64,000 bases of DNA from Klebsiella phage vB_KpM_FBKp24: the sequence record MW394391.1. One strand, 5' to 3'. Position 1 is the stretch's first letter, and every line of letters starts with the position of its first letter. The position numbers and the translations under genes are program-made. Below, piece by piece: positions 1-8,989 of the stretch. The notes under the pieces are model-generated. The model had not been told where the DNA came from. It saw only the letters and a program-made list of their open reading frames with translations, and did no database searches.

Positions 1-180
1 GTCACCCAGTTCCCAAATATCGAACATGGGTGTCAGAACAGAGCGTGGCTCATCCGGGCAAACACTGAATGTTGCGTTACGGAAAGCGGCTTCTTTATCT
101 TCAGCGGCAATTAATAACACCGTCGCTTCTTTAGACTCAGGAAGATCGTAAAACTTCTCACTTGCCAGAAAAAGTTTCAT
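1..180 (-). CDS. hypothetical protein, N-terminal part (gene runs off left edge)
   Basis: ATG at 180..178 on minus strand overlapping upstream stop (TAATG); open frame to window edge; MKLFLASEKFYDLPESKEATVLLIAAEDKEAAF... Confidence 0.4.
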   Translation of the reverse strand, partial: MKLFLASEKFYDLPESKEATVLLIAAEDKEAAFRNATFSVCPDEPRSVLTPMFDIWELGD

Positions 181-455
181 TATCGTTCCCCTATTGCGCC
201 TAGTTCAGTTTTAACCCAACTAAAACAATATTTCCCTTCGTACTGTGTATTCATGAGCGCCTTAGGAGTGGTTTTGGTAGGATCAAAAACACAGACGAAG
301 ATACGATTGAAACGTTCTTCTCCCTTGTAGATAAATAACCCCTCGCGATTAAAAACTGCGGATACGAACCCTGGTAAAGTTTTAAGAAATTCTAATGCCT
401 TTTCTTGGTCTTTTTTAAGGTTCCCTGTTGAAAATTCCACATTAATTACTTTCAT
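180..455 (-). CDS. hypothetical protein (91 aa)
   Basis: ORF track; tightly packed in minus-strand operon, 14-nt overlap with next gene. Confidence 0.45.
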   Translation of the reverse strand: MKVINVEFSTGNLKKDQEKALEFLKTLPGFVSAVFNREGLFIYKGEERFNRIFVCVFDPTKTTPKALMNTQYEGKYCFSWVKTELGAIGER

Positions 456-1161
456 TATTATTCCCCTGTGCAGTTAGACCAAAATAATGACATTTACCTT
501 GCGCAGCAACTCGGTATTTCTTTGCGTGCGCTGCACCAAGCGCAGTGTAAAACTTGAGATTGCTGATGTAGTCAATATTCCTTTCCGTAAACTCTTCACG
601 TGTCTGCCCGAACCGAATACCGATCTCTTGGTACAACCCGTTAAAGATATCTTCATCGAGATAAGACATTGCGTAAAGTTGATCGGCGTCCCGAATAATG
701 CCGAATAAATAACGCATACCGGTACCACCGGGATACTGCGGAAAAGGGTCGTCGAAGTTATAATGCGTGAATCCAACTAATAAAGTGATCATCGCTTTAT
801 TAGCCGTAGGAAACTCACACCAGAAACCTAATTGCTCAAGTTGCTGTAAAGCGTGCTCGATATTTTTCCAGTCATCTTTCTCTCCCAAATGACAGAAATC
901 GTGAACTAACCCTGCAATGACGGCTGATTCAAAATCCTTCTCAGAGAGTCCGTAATTTGATGGCTCAAGATTAGAAAGAAGATAACTTGTTAATACACCA
1001 ACGCCAATTAAATGGTGCGTAGAATGATAAGGGCGGTCGACGTTGTGTTTTTCCACCCACTGCATCATTTTACCGTATCGATTAAAGAATTGTCGTCCCC
1101 AGATAGGGTTAAACTCTTCTAACGAATACGCTTCCCAGAAGTTTGAAAATTCACTATTCAT
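442..1161 (-). CDS. HD-domain phosphohydrolase (possible (deoxy)nucleotidase)
   Basis: H..HH(47)...VHDFCH(87)...IIRDADQL pattern typical of HD superfamily metal-dependent phosphohydrolases. Confidence 0.5.
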   Translation of the reverse strand: MNSEFSNFWEAYSLEEFNPIWGRQFFNRYGKMMQWVEKHNVDRPYHSTHHLIGVGVLTSYLLSNLEPSNYGLSEKDFESAVIAGLVHDFCHLGEKDDWKNIEHALQQLEQLGFWCEFPTANKAMITLLVGFTHYNFDDPFPQYPGGTGMRYLFGIIRDADQLYAMSYLDEDIFNGLYQEIGIRFGQTREEFTERNIDYISNLKFYTALGAAHAKKYRVAAQGKCHYFGLTAQGNNNESN

Positions 1162-1867
1162 TGCTAACCTCGTAGTAAGCCATATTGACCGCCTTTAACG
1201 TTTTAACGATCATTTCAGAATCAAATATGGTTTGGTTCCAGTTACGGTGAGTGGCGACGTAGAATTCGTGTTCCTCGGGCGTAAACTCAATATAGAAGCT
1301 GTGGTCAGCATCAACAAGGGCGGAAATTTTATTAGTGGCAGCACAGTAGAGAACTTTAGTACCCGCTAACTCAGAAATACGTTTAAGTTTATCCGGGTTA
1401 ATTAAAGGGTGTGCTAAAAACGACTCTACTGTCCCCTTAAACGGGAGAATATTCATTTCGCCGTTAGAGGAGTCCGTCGGTCCCAGGTATTTCCTCACCG
1501 CAATCTGACAATATTCTTCGACCTGATTACAATATACTTCCATCAACTCTTTCGGAACTTCGAAGAGTTTTTTCTCCAGGCGGTCGATTAATCCATTTGT
1601 CATAATCTCGTCGTTGCGAATCAAGACCATCGGAAACCATTTCTGCAATAAACAGAAGAATCGAGGGTCCACTCCATGATTCGTTAAATAACTAACGAAC
1701 TCGGTGGTTCCAATACCTGCTATCCAACCAAAAGGTTTATTAGTACCGGGAGGGATAAAGTCTTCGTCTGACCAAAAAGCGCGAAGATAATGTTGATCGC
1801 GACTGAGAGCCTGAACAAAGAAAGTAAATTCTGGTTTAAGATTTAAGAAACGTTCGATGAGCTGCAT
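1154..1867 (-). CDS. hypothetical protein (237 aa)
   Basis: ORF track, overlaps neighbours by a few nt (operon). Confidence 0.5.
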   Translation of the reverse strand: MQLIERFLNLKPEFTFFVQALSRDQHYLRAFWSDEDFIPPGTNKPFGWIAGIGTTEFVSYLTNHGVDPRFFCLLQKWFPMVLIRNDEIMTNGLIDRLEKKLFEVPKELMEVYCNQVEEYCQIAVRKYLGPTDSSNGEMNILPFKGTVESFLAHPLINPDKLKRISELAGTKVLYCAATNKISALVDADHSFYIEFTPEEHEFYVATHRNWNQTIFDSEMIVKTLKAVNMAYYEVSNE

Positions 1868-2355
1868 TAGTTATTCTCCAGATGGATACGAATTTTAAAA
1901 TCAACAAACGGTGTAATCTCTTGTCCATTGAGTAAGAGGGGCGTGGTGTAGTCAGTTATTATTCTAAACGCCCGTAACTCAAAACCAATGATTATGGTGA
2001 AATCAACCACCACACCTTCTCTGAATACAGAGAATGTTTCTCTAGGAACATTCCCTAACCCAGTACTACGGAGAATCATCTCGTTAGTACTTACGAATGT
2101 TGTAGTGATAGGTGAGTCGCTTTCCGGGTCTTTCCATAAACGACTCACCGAAAGGACTTCGATACTGGTAATTCTCTTGTTGTCTGGAACAATATTTTTC
2201 AGTTTGTGGATGCGGTCGTCTGAGATCGTTAAATCGAAGAAAGGGACATCAGCATTTTCAAGTTTTGGGTCGTTCAATAACCTTTGAGTTTCCTTTACTT
2301 TAGCACTATCGCTGAGATTACTAGCCATGATTCTTCGAATATCGTCAAGTAACAT
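1867..2355 (-). CDS. hypothetical protein (162 aa)
   Basis: ORF track; ATGA-type overlap with downstream gene; AGGAG RBS upstream. Confidence 0.5.
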   Translation of the reverse strand: MLLDDIRRIMASNLSDSAKVKETQRLLNDPKLENADVPFFDLTISDDRIHKLKNIVPDNKRITSIEVLSVSRLWKDPESDSPITTTFVSTNEMILRSTGLGNVPRETFSVFREGVVVDFTIIIGFELRAFRIITDYTTPLLLNGQEITPFVDFKIRIHLENN

Positions 2356-2382
2356 TTTGTTCTCCTTTAATTTTCCTCTACA

Positions 2383-2406
2383 TCTAAGTGATATAGACTT
2401 GAAAAC
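2383..2406 (-). promoter_or_regulatory. candidate phage early-type promoter motif (coding strand TTTTCAAGTCTATATCACTTAG)
   Basis: one of 5 near-identical intergenic motifs (2383,2946,13764,22031,51208) ~25-110 nt upstream of minus-strand start codons. Confidence 0.4.
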
Positions 2407-2434
2407 GAATCGAAAAAAAAAACAATACAGTAAC

Positions 2435-2464
2435 CTCTCCCTCTGGCCTAGGCCAGAGGGAGAG
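2435..2464 (-). terminator. intrinsic terminator hairpin (14-bp perfect stem) followed by T10 run on minus strand
   Basis: ctctccctctggcc-ta-ggccagagggagag; minus strand then reads TTTTTTTTTT. Confidence 0.7.
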
Positions 2465-2469
2465 TACGG

Positions 2470-2877
2470 TTAAAGTTGTACGCCTAACGCTGCCGCAACG
2501 ACGACCGCAACGAAGATCGAAAGAATACCGGAAAGGATATACCAGACAAACCACAGGCGGGAGTTACCGTTGCGATTCTGGCGCTTGTAAATGTAGACCG
2601 GTGCGATCAACCACCACCAGGCAGACGGAACGAAAGCGCCTTCTTTTTTCAGTGACTCACGGTCGTAGACGAACCACACGGTAAACAACACCAGCGAGAT
2701 CAGCCAGCCGATGGACGGCAGCGCGACCTGAATCGCAGTGAAGATCGGTTGTGAGAAAATGATGAAGAGCATGAAGAACGGCGTCATCAATTGAGGCAGG
2801 GTGCCTTTCTTGAAGAAGATGTGGCCGTTGTTATCGCGGAATTGATTATCGTTCAAATTGATGGTATCGGTAGACAT
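2470..2877 (-). CDS. small integral membrane protein (about 4 TM helices)
   Basis: hydrophobic stretches FFMLFIIFSQPIFTAIQVALPSIGWLISLVLFTVWFV, WWWLIAPVYIY, LWFVWYILSGILSIFVAVVVAAALGV. Confidence 0.55.
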   Translation of the reverse strand: MSTDTINLNDNQFRDNNGHIFFKKGTLPQLMTPFFMLFIIFSQPIFTAIQVALPSIGWLISLVLFTVWFVYDRESLKKEGAFVPSAWWWLIAPVYIYKRQNRNGNSRLWFVWYILSGILSIFVAVVVAAALGVQL

Positions 2878-2945
2878 ATATTGACTCGCTTATGTAAGTG
2901 TGTTTAAAGGGTAAATTTTAAGTTTACTATCTCAATTGCATAATA

Positions 2946-2965
2946 GGGATATAGATGTCAAATTT
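2946..2965 (-). promoter_or_regulatory. candidate early-type promoter motif (coding strand TTTGACATCTATATCCC)
   Basis: second instance of the CTATATC-containing motif, ~70 nt upstream of ATG at 2877. Confidence 0.35.
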
Positions 2966-3506
2966 GTTTGATATCGAGTTCGGGGATAGGCATTTCACGA
3001 AAGATACATTCGTTCTCTACTACTGCCCCTAAACCACCTTCCGCATAAACAGCCTTTAACCCGCGTTTCTGATACCGGCGTTTACCGATGGGGGTTTCTG
3101 ACATGCTGTCATTAGTGAAGAGAAGAAATATTCTTTTCCCATCAAAGTCAGTGTAGAGAGAATAGTCCGTTTCGACCCCTTCCTCTTCACCATCCTCGGC
3201 AAAGCAGAAATCAACAACACCCATTGATATTAACCAGAAGAGGCGCTTGTACTCCCCCAGAAGTTTCGTGTCATCGAGGAGTATTTCCCCGGGTTGGTTG
3301 ATCCTCTCCACGATACTTGCATCGATCAGTTCTGCGTTAGGTTCTTCGGGATCGTACAGATCAGAAAGTATATCCCATGCCCCATCTCTTCCAACGCTGA
3401 CAAAAAGAAACTGATCATTGTCTTCATCGTACATCACCTTGAGACAGTCTTTCTCGATCAGACTTAAAGCGGTACGATACTTTTCTAATAAAGATTCGTT
3501 TTCCAT
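2958..3506 (-). CDS. hypothetical protein (182 aa)
   Basis: ORF track. Confidence 0.5.
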   Translation of the reverse strand: MENESLLEKYRTALSLIEKDCLKVMYDEDNDQFLFVSVGRDGAWDILSDLYDPEEPNAELIDASIVERINQPGEILLDDTKLLGEYKRLFWLISMGVVDFCFAEDGEEEGVETDYSLYTDFDGKRIFLLFTNDSMSETPIGKRRYQKRGLKAVYAEGGLGAVVENECIFREMPIPELDIKQI

Positions 3507-3938
3507 TTAATTCACCTCAATTTGCATAAAGTTTTGTCTTGCGTTTACGTAGATATCAAGTTGGACATCATCCCGAGTACAGTAGTCAAAGAAATCAAAC
3601 TTTGACCCGAAGAAACGATACAAACTGGCCCAACCTCCGTAATTGTCAATATGCTGAGAAAATTGTTCAAAGACGGCAAAAACTCTATCCGGGTCATCAT
3701 TGGATTCTGTATCCTCCGCGCTGTCTATACAGCAAGGATCAATATACATCTGATACGCTTGCTCCGCAAAAGAATGATGAAGAATATCCCCGGCGTGTTT
3801 AGAGTCCGCATTTTCAGACGTACAAACCACCGCCCAGAAAAGTGCCGTCATGACATTTTCTCTGTCCTCTGTACGTTCAATTCTCCGCAGCCCGATTGCC
3901 AGTCTTTCCGGAATTTCAACTATGAAGGTCTTCTCCAA
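3507..3938 (-). CDS. hypothetical protein (143 aa)
   Basis: ORF track. Confidence 0.5.
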   Translation of the reverse strand: MEKTFIVEIPERLAIGLRRIERTEDRENVMTALFWAVVCTSENADSKHAGDILHHSFAEQAYQMYIDPCCIDSAEDTESNDDPDRVFAVFEQFSQHIDNYGGWASLYRFFGSKFDFFDYCTRDDVQLDIYVNARQNFMQIEVN

Positions 3939-5055
3939 TTTCTTTTACCCTCAGTACAAAATAGAAATGACCTTCCGTTGCGAGATTATGCGGATTGCCC
4001 TCTATAGTACAACCGTTCCATATCTGGAGGTCGTAATTACTTTCTTTCTCGATGATTTCCACTGGCTTTCCGTAATCAGAGAAAAAGTTAAACAAATTCT
4101 CTTTTACGTAAATCAGGAGTTTATCGCCGTCAAGGTCAACCCCCGGTTTCTTCAATTTTAGCTTAAGGATAAAGTCATTTTTATCCAATTCAAGAACCGC
4201 GTTGGCAACAAAATCTTGACCCTGCGTTAGATCAATTGTTGATTTTCCTTTCAACTCCTTGACAGTGATATTTTTCAGCACTGTCTCAGAAATGTAATCG
4301 GAAATTTTACGAGAGAAGAAACCGATGCTGTCAATATACTCTTTTTCTAGCTGTGTTTTCATTTCCTCGCTGAATGACAGGAGTTGTTTATAAACATCCG
4401 CTGGCGTTCCTTTTACCGAGAATTTATTTACATACGCCCCGGCAGAACAAAGAACGATTTCATCGATTCTTTTTTCCCTGTCGCGGAAAATGTCCCACGG
4501 AGAATAAAGAATAGTAAAACTCCGGTCCTCGCTGAGTTTTTCACTAAGCCACATCATCCAACCGCGCAAAAGTGTTTTACGGTTATCAGTATGGGAACAA
4601 TAACCGTATTGCGATCTGCTACTCGATGAAAAACCGTACATCTTGGTTTTAGCTTCCGTCAGGCACCTGACCTCATCATCCCAGTCGTCAATTTCAACCG
4701 CCGGTGCAATACGGTAAATTCCCATAAAGTCACGATGAAGAAAAACAGAAACAGAGTTGAGCGAACTACTTACACGCGCGATAACTGTATTTTCTCCCCT
4801 GACCAACATACTTTCCTTTCTTGATAACTCCCCCTGAAGATTTTTAAGGGTCTCGTCACCAGGTAGTAAAGATTGGATGAGATCTTTCTCTACTTCTTTT
4901 TTGGTCTTCAGCCAATATTCATCCGGATTTTCAATTTCAGCGGCGGGCCGTGAGGGGCCCTTTTCCTTTTTACCATGGTTGAAACCTTTATAAACACAGA
5001 AGAGAAGGATAGCGGTAAAAATACAGAACATGGAAATACCAAATGTATCGATCAT
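3916..5055 (-). CDS. membrane-anchored hypothetical protein (379 aa, N-terminal TM helix)
   Basis: N-terminus ISMFCIFTAILLFCVY hydrophobic, remainder soluble. Confidence 0.5.
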   Translation of the reverse strand: MIDTFGISMFCIFTAILLFCVYKGFNHGKKEKGPSRPAAEIENPDEYWLKTKKEVEKDLIQSLLPGDETLKNLQGELSRKESMLVRGENTVIARVSSSLNSVSVFLHRDFMGIYRIAPAVEIDDWDDEVRCLTEAKTKMYGFSSSSRSQYGYCSHTDNRKTLLRGWMMWLSEKLSEDRSFTILYSPWDIFRDREKRIDEIVLCSAGAYVNKFSVKGTPADVYKQLLSFSEEMKTQLEKEYIDSIGFFSRKISDYISETVLKNITVKELKGKSTIDLTQGQDFVANAVLELDKNDFILKLKLKKPGVDLDGDKLLIYVKENLFNFFSDYGKPVEIIEKESNYDLQIWNGCTIEGNPHNLATEGHFYFVLRVKEIGEDLHS

Positions 5056-5255
5056 TTTTTATTTTCCTTTGAGAATTCAACAAATTCTCCGGCAAATTGA
5101 ACCAGTTCAGCGCCATTAGGTTGCGTATCGGTATTCAGCATACCTGCAGCCACCAAGACGTCGTAAAGCGCTTCTGCTAACAGTTTGCGTTGATGGAAAA
5201 CTTCGTTCGGATCGGTATCAGGAAGATAGACTTTAGACATGTTTAATTTCTCCAT
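5052..5255 (-). CDS. hypothetical protein (67 aa)
   Basis: ORF track, 4-nt overlap with upstream gene. Confidence 0.4.
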   Translation of the reverse strand: MEKLNMSKVYLPDTDPNEVFHQRKLLAEALYDVLVAAGMLNTDTQPNGAELVQFAGEFVEFSKENKK

Positions 5256-5260
5256 TAGAG

Positions 5261-5665
5261 TTAGTGTTTGTTATTTACCACTACGGACGCCTTCTCAGGG
5301 TTGGAATCGTGCGCCACGATAATCTCCCCGATATCTTCACGGAAGACGTATTTCAATGTTGTCGATAACGCGTCATTGTGAATGATATCGATTACACCAC
5401 TTTTCTCGTTCTGAGTTTGAATGGTTAAGTCAATACTTTCCCATTCAACGATATCCAACTCACGGTTAGACGACATAAACCAAATGTTATCACCTACGCC
5501 GTCCTTTGTATCCGTGAAAACGGCCAAGTAACGTTCATTAGGGATAAGGTGAGTAAAGCGATCACTGGCAATCCAGAAAGGGATGAGCACATTACCAAAT
5601 CTCAACACGAGATTGGCTTGCTCGCCTTTGTCATTAACGGGAACTTCATCATTCTCTAGAATCAT
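5261..5665 (-). CDS. hypothetical protein (134 aa)
   Basis: ORF track. Confidence 0.5.
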   Translation of the reverse strand: MILENDEVPVNDKGEQANLVLRFGNVLIPFWIASDRFTHLIPNERYLAVFTDTKDGVGDNIWFMSSNRELDIVEWESIDLTIQTQNEKSGVIDIIHNDALSTTLKYVFREDIGEIIVAHDSNPEKASVVVNNKH

Positions 5666-5666
5666 A

Positions 5667-6602
5667 CTACTCCCCTCCGAAAGATTGCTGAATAGCTGTA
5701 CGTATATCGATAATTGGGAGAGGAATAATTGTATCCCAATCCAGCGCCGGGCGGGCAGCGATAAATGCGTTGCGGCGTCTCTGTAGTTCTTCCTTTAACA
5801 GGTCATCATCTTTAAAATAATACCCTTTCTCCAGAAGATCAAAGATTTCTATTTCGCCTACGCCGAATTCATCGACTAATTTCCAGTAAACCTCAAAGCC
5901 ATCATCGGTCAACCAACCCGGTGCTGTTCCGCCATGTTCTTCCCAGCCCAGTTCCCCTAATTGATAAGCCGTCCAATAATAGACAGGGTCAGGGACAATT
6001 TTATTTTTATTATTGAATCGTTCCCTGTAAGTCTCGTAAGAGGAACACCCTGGTTTTTCCATCCATTTCCGTAACGCGATATGAGTCATGTACTTTAACA
6101 TGAAGTAACGGATACGCGCAGAGGCGTCGATGCGGGAAAGTGAATCTGGATTTACAACTTCCTGCGCTACCGGGACGTAGGGATCAGCATCTTCAATTTG
6201 AATAAAGAGATGCGATTTCTCCAAAAACAACACTGTCAATCGACCAAGGTTGGTAAGTTTACCTTCTTTAGTAAGAATCTTTTGCTCCACTGCACGGTCA
6301 ATGAAAAATTCGATACCGCCAGCGAAACCGAAAAAGTCCGCAAAAGGAGAAAGGCCGGATACGGCCTTTATTTGCGCTAACCAGAAAACTTGTGTGTCGT
6401 GCGGCGTACCGCAGCCACAAAATCCAAGGGTATCGTAAAGAAAGAATTGTTCGGCGTCAGAAAAAACAGTCTTTACTCCGTTTAGAAGGATTGAGGTATC
6501 GCCGCGCCAGCTCTCCAATATTTCCATTGTAGGTTCGTCCAATAAAGGTATAATCGGATTTTGTTCTCTCATGCTACCGTATTTTATTTCAATAGTTTCC
6601 AT
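5667..6602 (-). CDS. hypothetical protein (311 aa)
   Basis: ORF track. Confidence 0.5.
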   Translation of the reverse strand: METIEIKYGSMREQNPIIPLLDEPTMEILESWRGDTSILLNGVKTVFSDAEQFFLYDTLGFCGCGTPHDTQVFWLAQIKAVSGLSPFADFFGFAGGIEFFIDRAVEQKILTKEGKLTNLGRLTVLFLEKSHLFIQIEDADPYVPVAQEVVNPDSLSRIDASARIRYFMLKYMTHIALRKWMEKPGCSSYETYRERFNNKNKIVPDPVYYWTAYQLGELGWEEHGGTAPGWLTDDGFEVYWKLVDEFGVGEIEIFDLLEKGYYFKDDDLLKEELQRRRNAFIAARPALDWDTIIPLPIIDIRTAIQQSFGGE

Positions 6603-6612
6603 GTTAGTTTCC

Positions 6613-6960
6613 TCAATGTAAATACTGTTGATTTGGTGGGGTAAAGTAAATGGTTACGGGGGGATCGTTATTAAAGATAACGTCTAGGTCCGCACTCGTG
6701 TCTGTATTTGAAACAACTTTAACCCAAGTAAATGTATAAGTTTCGTGCTTATTTAACGCGTTGAGAATGGAGGCCATTTCTGACTTTCCAATATTATCAA
6801 GGCAATAAAGAGGGTTGTAGATAATGTTAGTTTCCGTTTCTTTCCGTGGGTACATTAAGAGATATACTTTGCCCACTTCCATTCCAGCTGGGCCCTCTTT
6901 TACAGATGAGAAACGATAAACAAGATCTCTTCCGTGTAAACTGAAAATACTCTGATTCAC
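6613..6960 (-). CDS. hypothetical protein (115 aa)
   Basis: ORF track. Confidence 0.5.
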   Translation of the reverse strand: MNQSIFSLHGRDLVYRFSSVKEGPAGMEVGKVYLLMYPRKETETNIIYNPLYCLDNIGKSEMASILNALNKHETYTFTWVKVVSNTDTSADLDVIFNNDPPVTIYFTPPNQQYLH

Positions 6961-7000
6961 GTGCTCACCTTCCGTTTCAGATTAAGCGAATAGAAAATAA

Positions 7001-7028
7001 AAAAGGAGAGGCGAAAGCCTCTCCTTTT
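7001..7028 (-). terminator. intrinsic terminator hairpin aaaaggagaggc-gaaa-gcctctcctttt (A-run/T-run flanked, usable on both strands)
   Basis: perfect 8-bp GC-rich stem flanked by A and T runs, between two minus-strand genes. Confidence 0.65.
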
Positions 7029-7042
7029 ATTCAGCGATAGGG

Positions 7043-7555
7043 TCAATGAACAATCTTAATGAGAACTTCATTAATCGAACACAGAACCGAATCATCTTTA
7101 CGGTTATTGGCGTAAAAATACGCGTATTCATTCCCTTCGTCGTCAGGAAGTACCGTGAAGGAAATGTCAGCCGCAACCTCCAGCCCAGTATAGAACCAGC
7201 CCGTAGAAAGTTTCCCTGGGACCAAATCTACTCTTAAAGCCATAGGTATTAAACTGTCGTAACCACCTATCGCTTTAACTACAGTCACGCAATTTAGTCC
7301 GGGGACCAGGGTCTGGTTATTTCGATGTCGTTCAGAAATATCCCCTAAAGTATGAGAATGAGACTGATGTTGGAATAACGTATAAGTGGCAACGTCACAC
7401 GAGAAAGCCCCTTTATAGAGTTCATCGTTTTTTAACTCAACACCAGGCGGGAGCGGATAGATCTTCATCATAACCACACCTCCTGTATTAGAGAGCGAAC
7501 TGGTCTTCAGTAGCGACCTTATTTCTTCAACGGTCATTTCCTTTATTTCGGGCAT
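7043..7555 (-). CDS. hypothetical protein (170 aa)
   Basis: ORF track. Confidence 0.5.
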   Translation of the reverse strand: MPEIKEMTVEEIRSLLKTSSLSNTGGVVMMKIYPLPPGVELKNDELYKGAFSCDVATYTLFQHQSHSHTLGDISERHRNNQTLVPGLNCVTVVKAIGGYDSLIPMALRVDLVPGKLSTGWFYTGLEVAADISFTVLPDDEGNEYAYFYANNRKDDSVLCSINEVLIKIVH

Positions 7556-7571
7556 TTGTTTCTCTCTGTTT

Positions 7572-8021
7572 TTAATTAGCAGGCGGCGGGTTGTTTTTCA
7601 GCCGATTTGCTTCCATTACCGGTAAATTAGCCTCAGTTGGGACGTAGATAACCTGATTCTTGGTTTGCTGTAAACTGTCTACCCAAAGGTAACGTAGATA
7701 CGCTTCGTTATTCTTCAGGCTGTCACCGATGATCTTGTTGGCCCGTGCTACGCCGCCAGCACGAATGACTTCTGCTTCGGCTAAGCTTTTAGCTGACTCT
7801 TTCTTAGCCTCCGCCTCCTGCACAGCTATTTGACGGTCTTGAGTGGCCTTCATCAGCGCGGCCTTACCTGCCATACCCTGCTGCCATACGTTGTAATACG
7901 GGCAGCCTGCCATGAGTAGTACAATAAAAGCCACAACTCCGATTGCTACCCATTTACCTACTTTCTTCAACAATGCTTTCAGTGTCTCATTGTCGGTGTC
8001 GGTGTTATTGTAATAGCGCAT
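7572..8021 (-). CDS. membrane protein with SPFH/band-7-like C-terminal segment
   Basis: N-terminal TM (WVAIGVVAFIVLLMAG) then coiled-coil and ...AEVIRAGGVARANKIIGDSL..AYLRYLWVDSL... resembling HflK/C, QmcA C-terminal region. Confidence 0.3.
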   Translation of the reverse strand: MRYYNNTDTDNETLKALLKKVGKWVAIGVVAFIVLLMAGCPYYNVWQQGMAGKAALMKATQDRQIAVQEAEAKKESAKSLAEAEVIRAGGVARANKIIGDSLKNNEAYLRYLWVDSLQQTKNQVIYVPTEANLPVMEANRLKNNPPPAN

Positions 8022-8272
8022 TATTTTTCCTGTTTAGTTAAGGTTAGTGGTTCACGCGCCATAACTTCATTGACGGTTACTCTTAGACCGGACTGCGCAA
8101 GGATTGCAACCACCTCTTCGGCGCGTTCCGTGGATACGTCAGGTTCGCCGGCTATTTGATTGAGCGTTGTCTCAATGCAGTATTTATTCAGTAATTCTGA
8201 AATAAGTTTACCGATGGAGCTTTTACCCGTTCGTGCCGGGCCGATTATATTGATCGTAATTTCGTTTTTCAT
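8021..8272 (-). CDS. small P-loop (Walker A) protein, 83 aa
   Basis: IIGPARTGKSSIGK Walker A motif; too short for a complete kinase. Confidence 0.4.
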   Translation of the reverse strand: MKNEITINIIGPARTGKSSIGKLISELLNKYCIETTLNQIAGEPDVSTERAEEVVAILAQSGLRVTVNEVMAREPLTLTKQEK

Positions 8273-8299
8273 TTTGTTTTCCTGTTAGGTTAAACTAAA

Positions 8300-8989
8300 T
8301 CATTTATTGGTTTTGGTGATATACCATTTCCAAAGACCGTAGAACGCGTTCATCAAGAACACCGCCCATTGCGCAACCTGCGCCCATGAACCCGGTTGAT
8401 TAAGCGCCGGGATCACCCACAGATAAATCGTGACGCAGTTGATAATGATCCAGAGAATCCATTGCTCTGGCTGCTGCTTGATCATCATCCACATGGCGAT
8501 GAGCGATGCGACTAAGCAGAATGCGTCTAAGGCAGGAAACGGATCCTGCGTCGTTTTCAGGTATTCGGTCAGGCCATACCAGAAGATAACCCCAACAACC
8601 AGATATGTTATCACGTCACGTAAAGTGATCGTTTTAACCGCTACGTCAGCTTTGGCTGGAGTTTTGCCCAGGTCTTTCGTCCAGTAATAAATACCGATAA
8701 ACTGCATGGGAAGGTAAATAGCGTTCAACGCCGCATTCGCGTAGAGTCCGGTATTGTACGAAACAATACCGTAGGTAATTACACCAACGGTTCCCCAGTA
8801 GTAATTGGAGACACGACCTTTCGCTACCAGAATAACGCAGATCACGTTAGTCAGCGCCGCCGTAAATTCAAGTGGGCTGGCGCTCCAGCTACCAGCGCCC
8901 ACTAAGATCAACGCAATGATCAGCCAAAGGTATTCGACTTTCTTCCAGTGCGCAAAGTCAGTGAACGTTTTCAATACAAGTGTATTCAT
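8300..8989 (-). CDS. pnuC: nicotinamide riboside transporter PnuC
   Basis: 229 aa polytopic membrane protein; C-terminal WILWIIINCVTIYLWV... and overall layout match recalled E. coli PnuC. Confidence 0.8.
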   Translation of the reverse strand: MNTLVLKTFTDFAHWKKVEYLWLIIALILVGAGSWSASPLEFTAALTNVICVILVAKGRVSNYYWGTVGVITYGIVSYNTGLYANAALNAIYLPMQFIGIYYWTKDLGKTPAKADVAVKTITLRDVITYLVVGVIFWYGLTEYLKTTQDPFPALDAFCLVASLIAMWMMIKQQPEQWILWIIINCVTIYLWVIPALNQPGSWAQVAQWAVFLMNAFYGLWKWYITKTNK

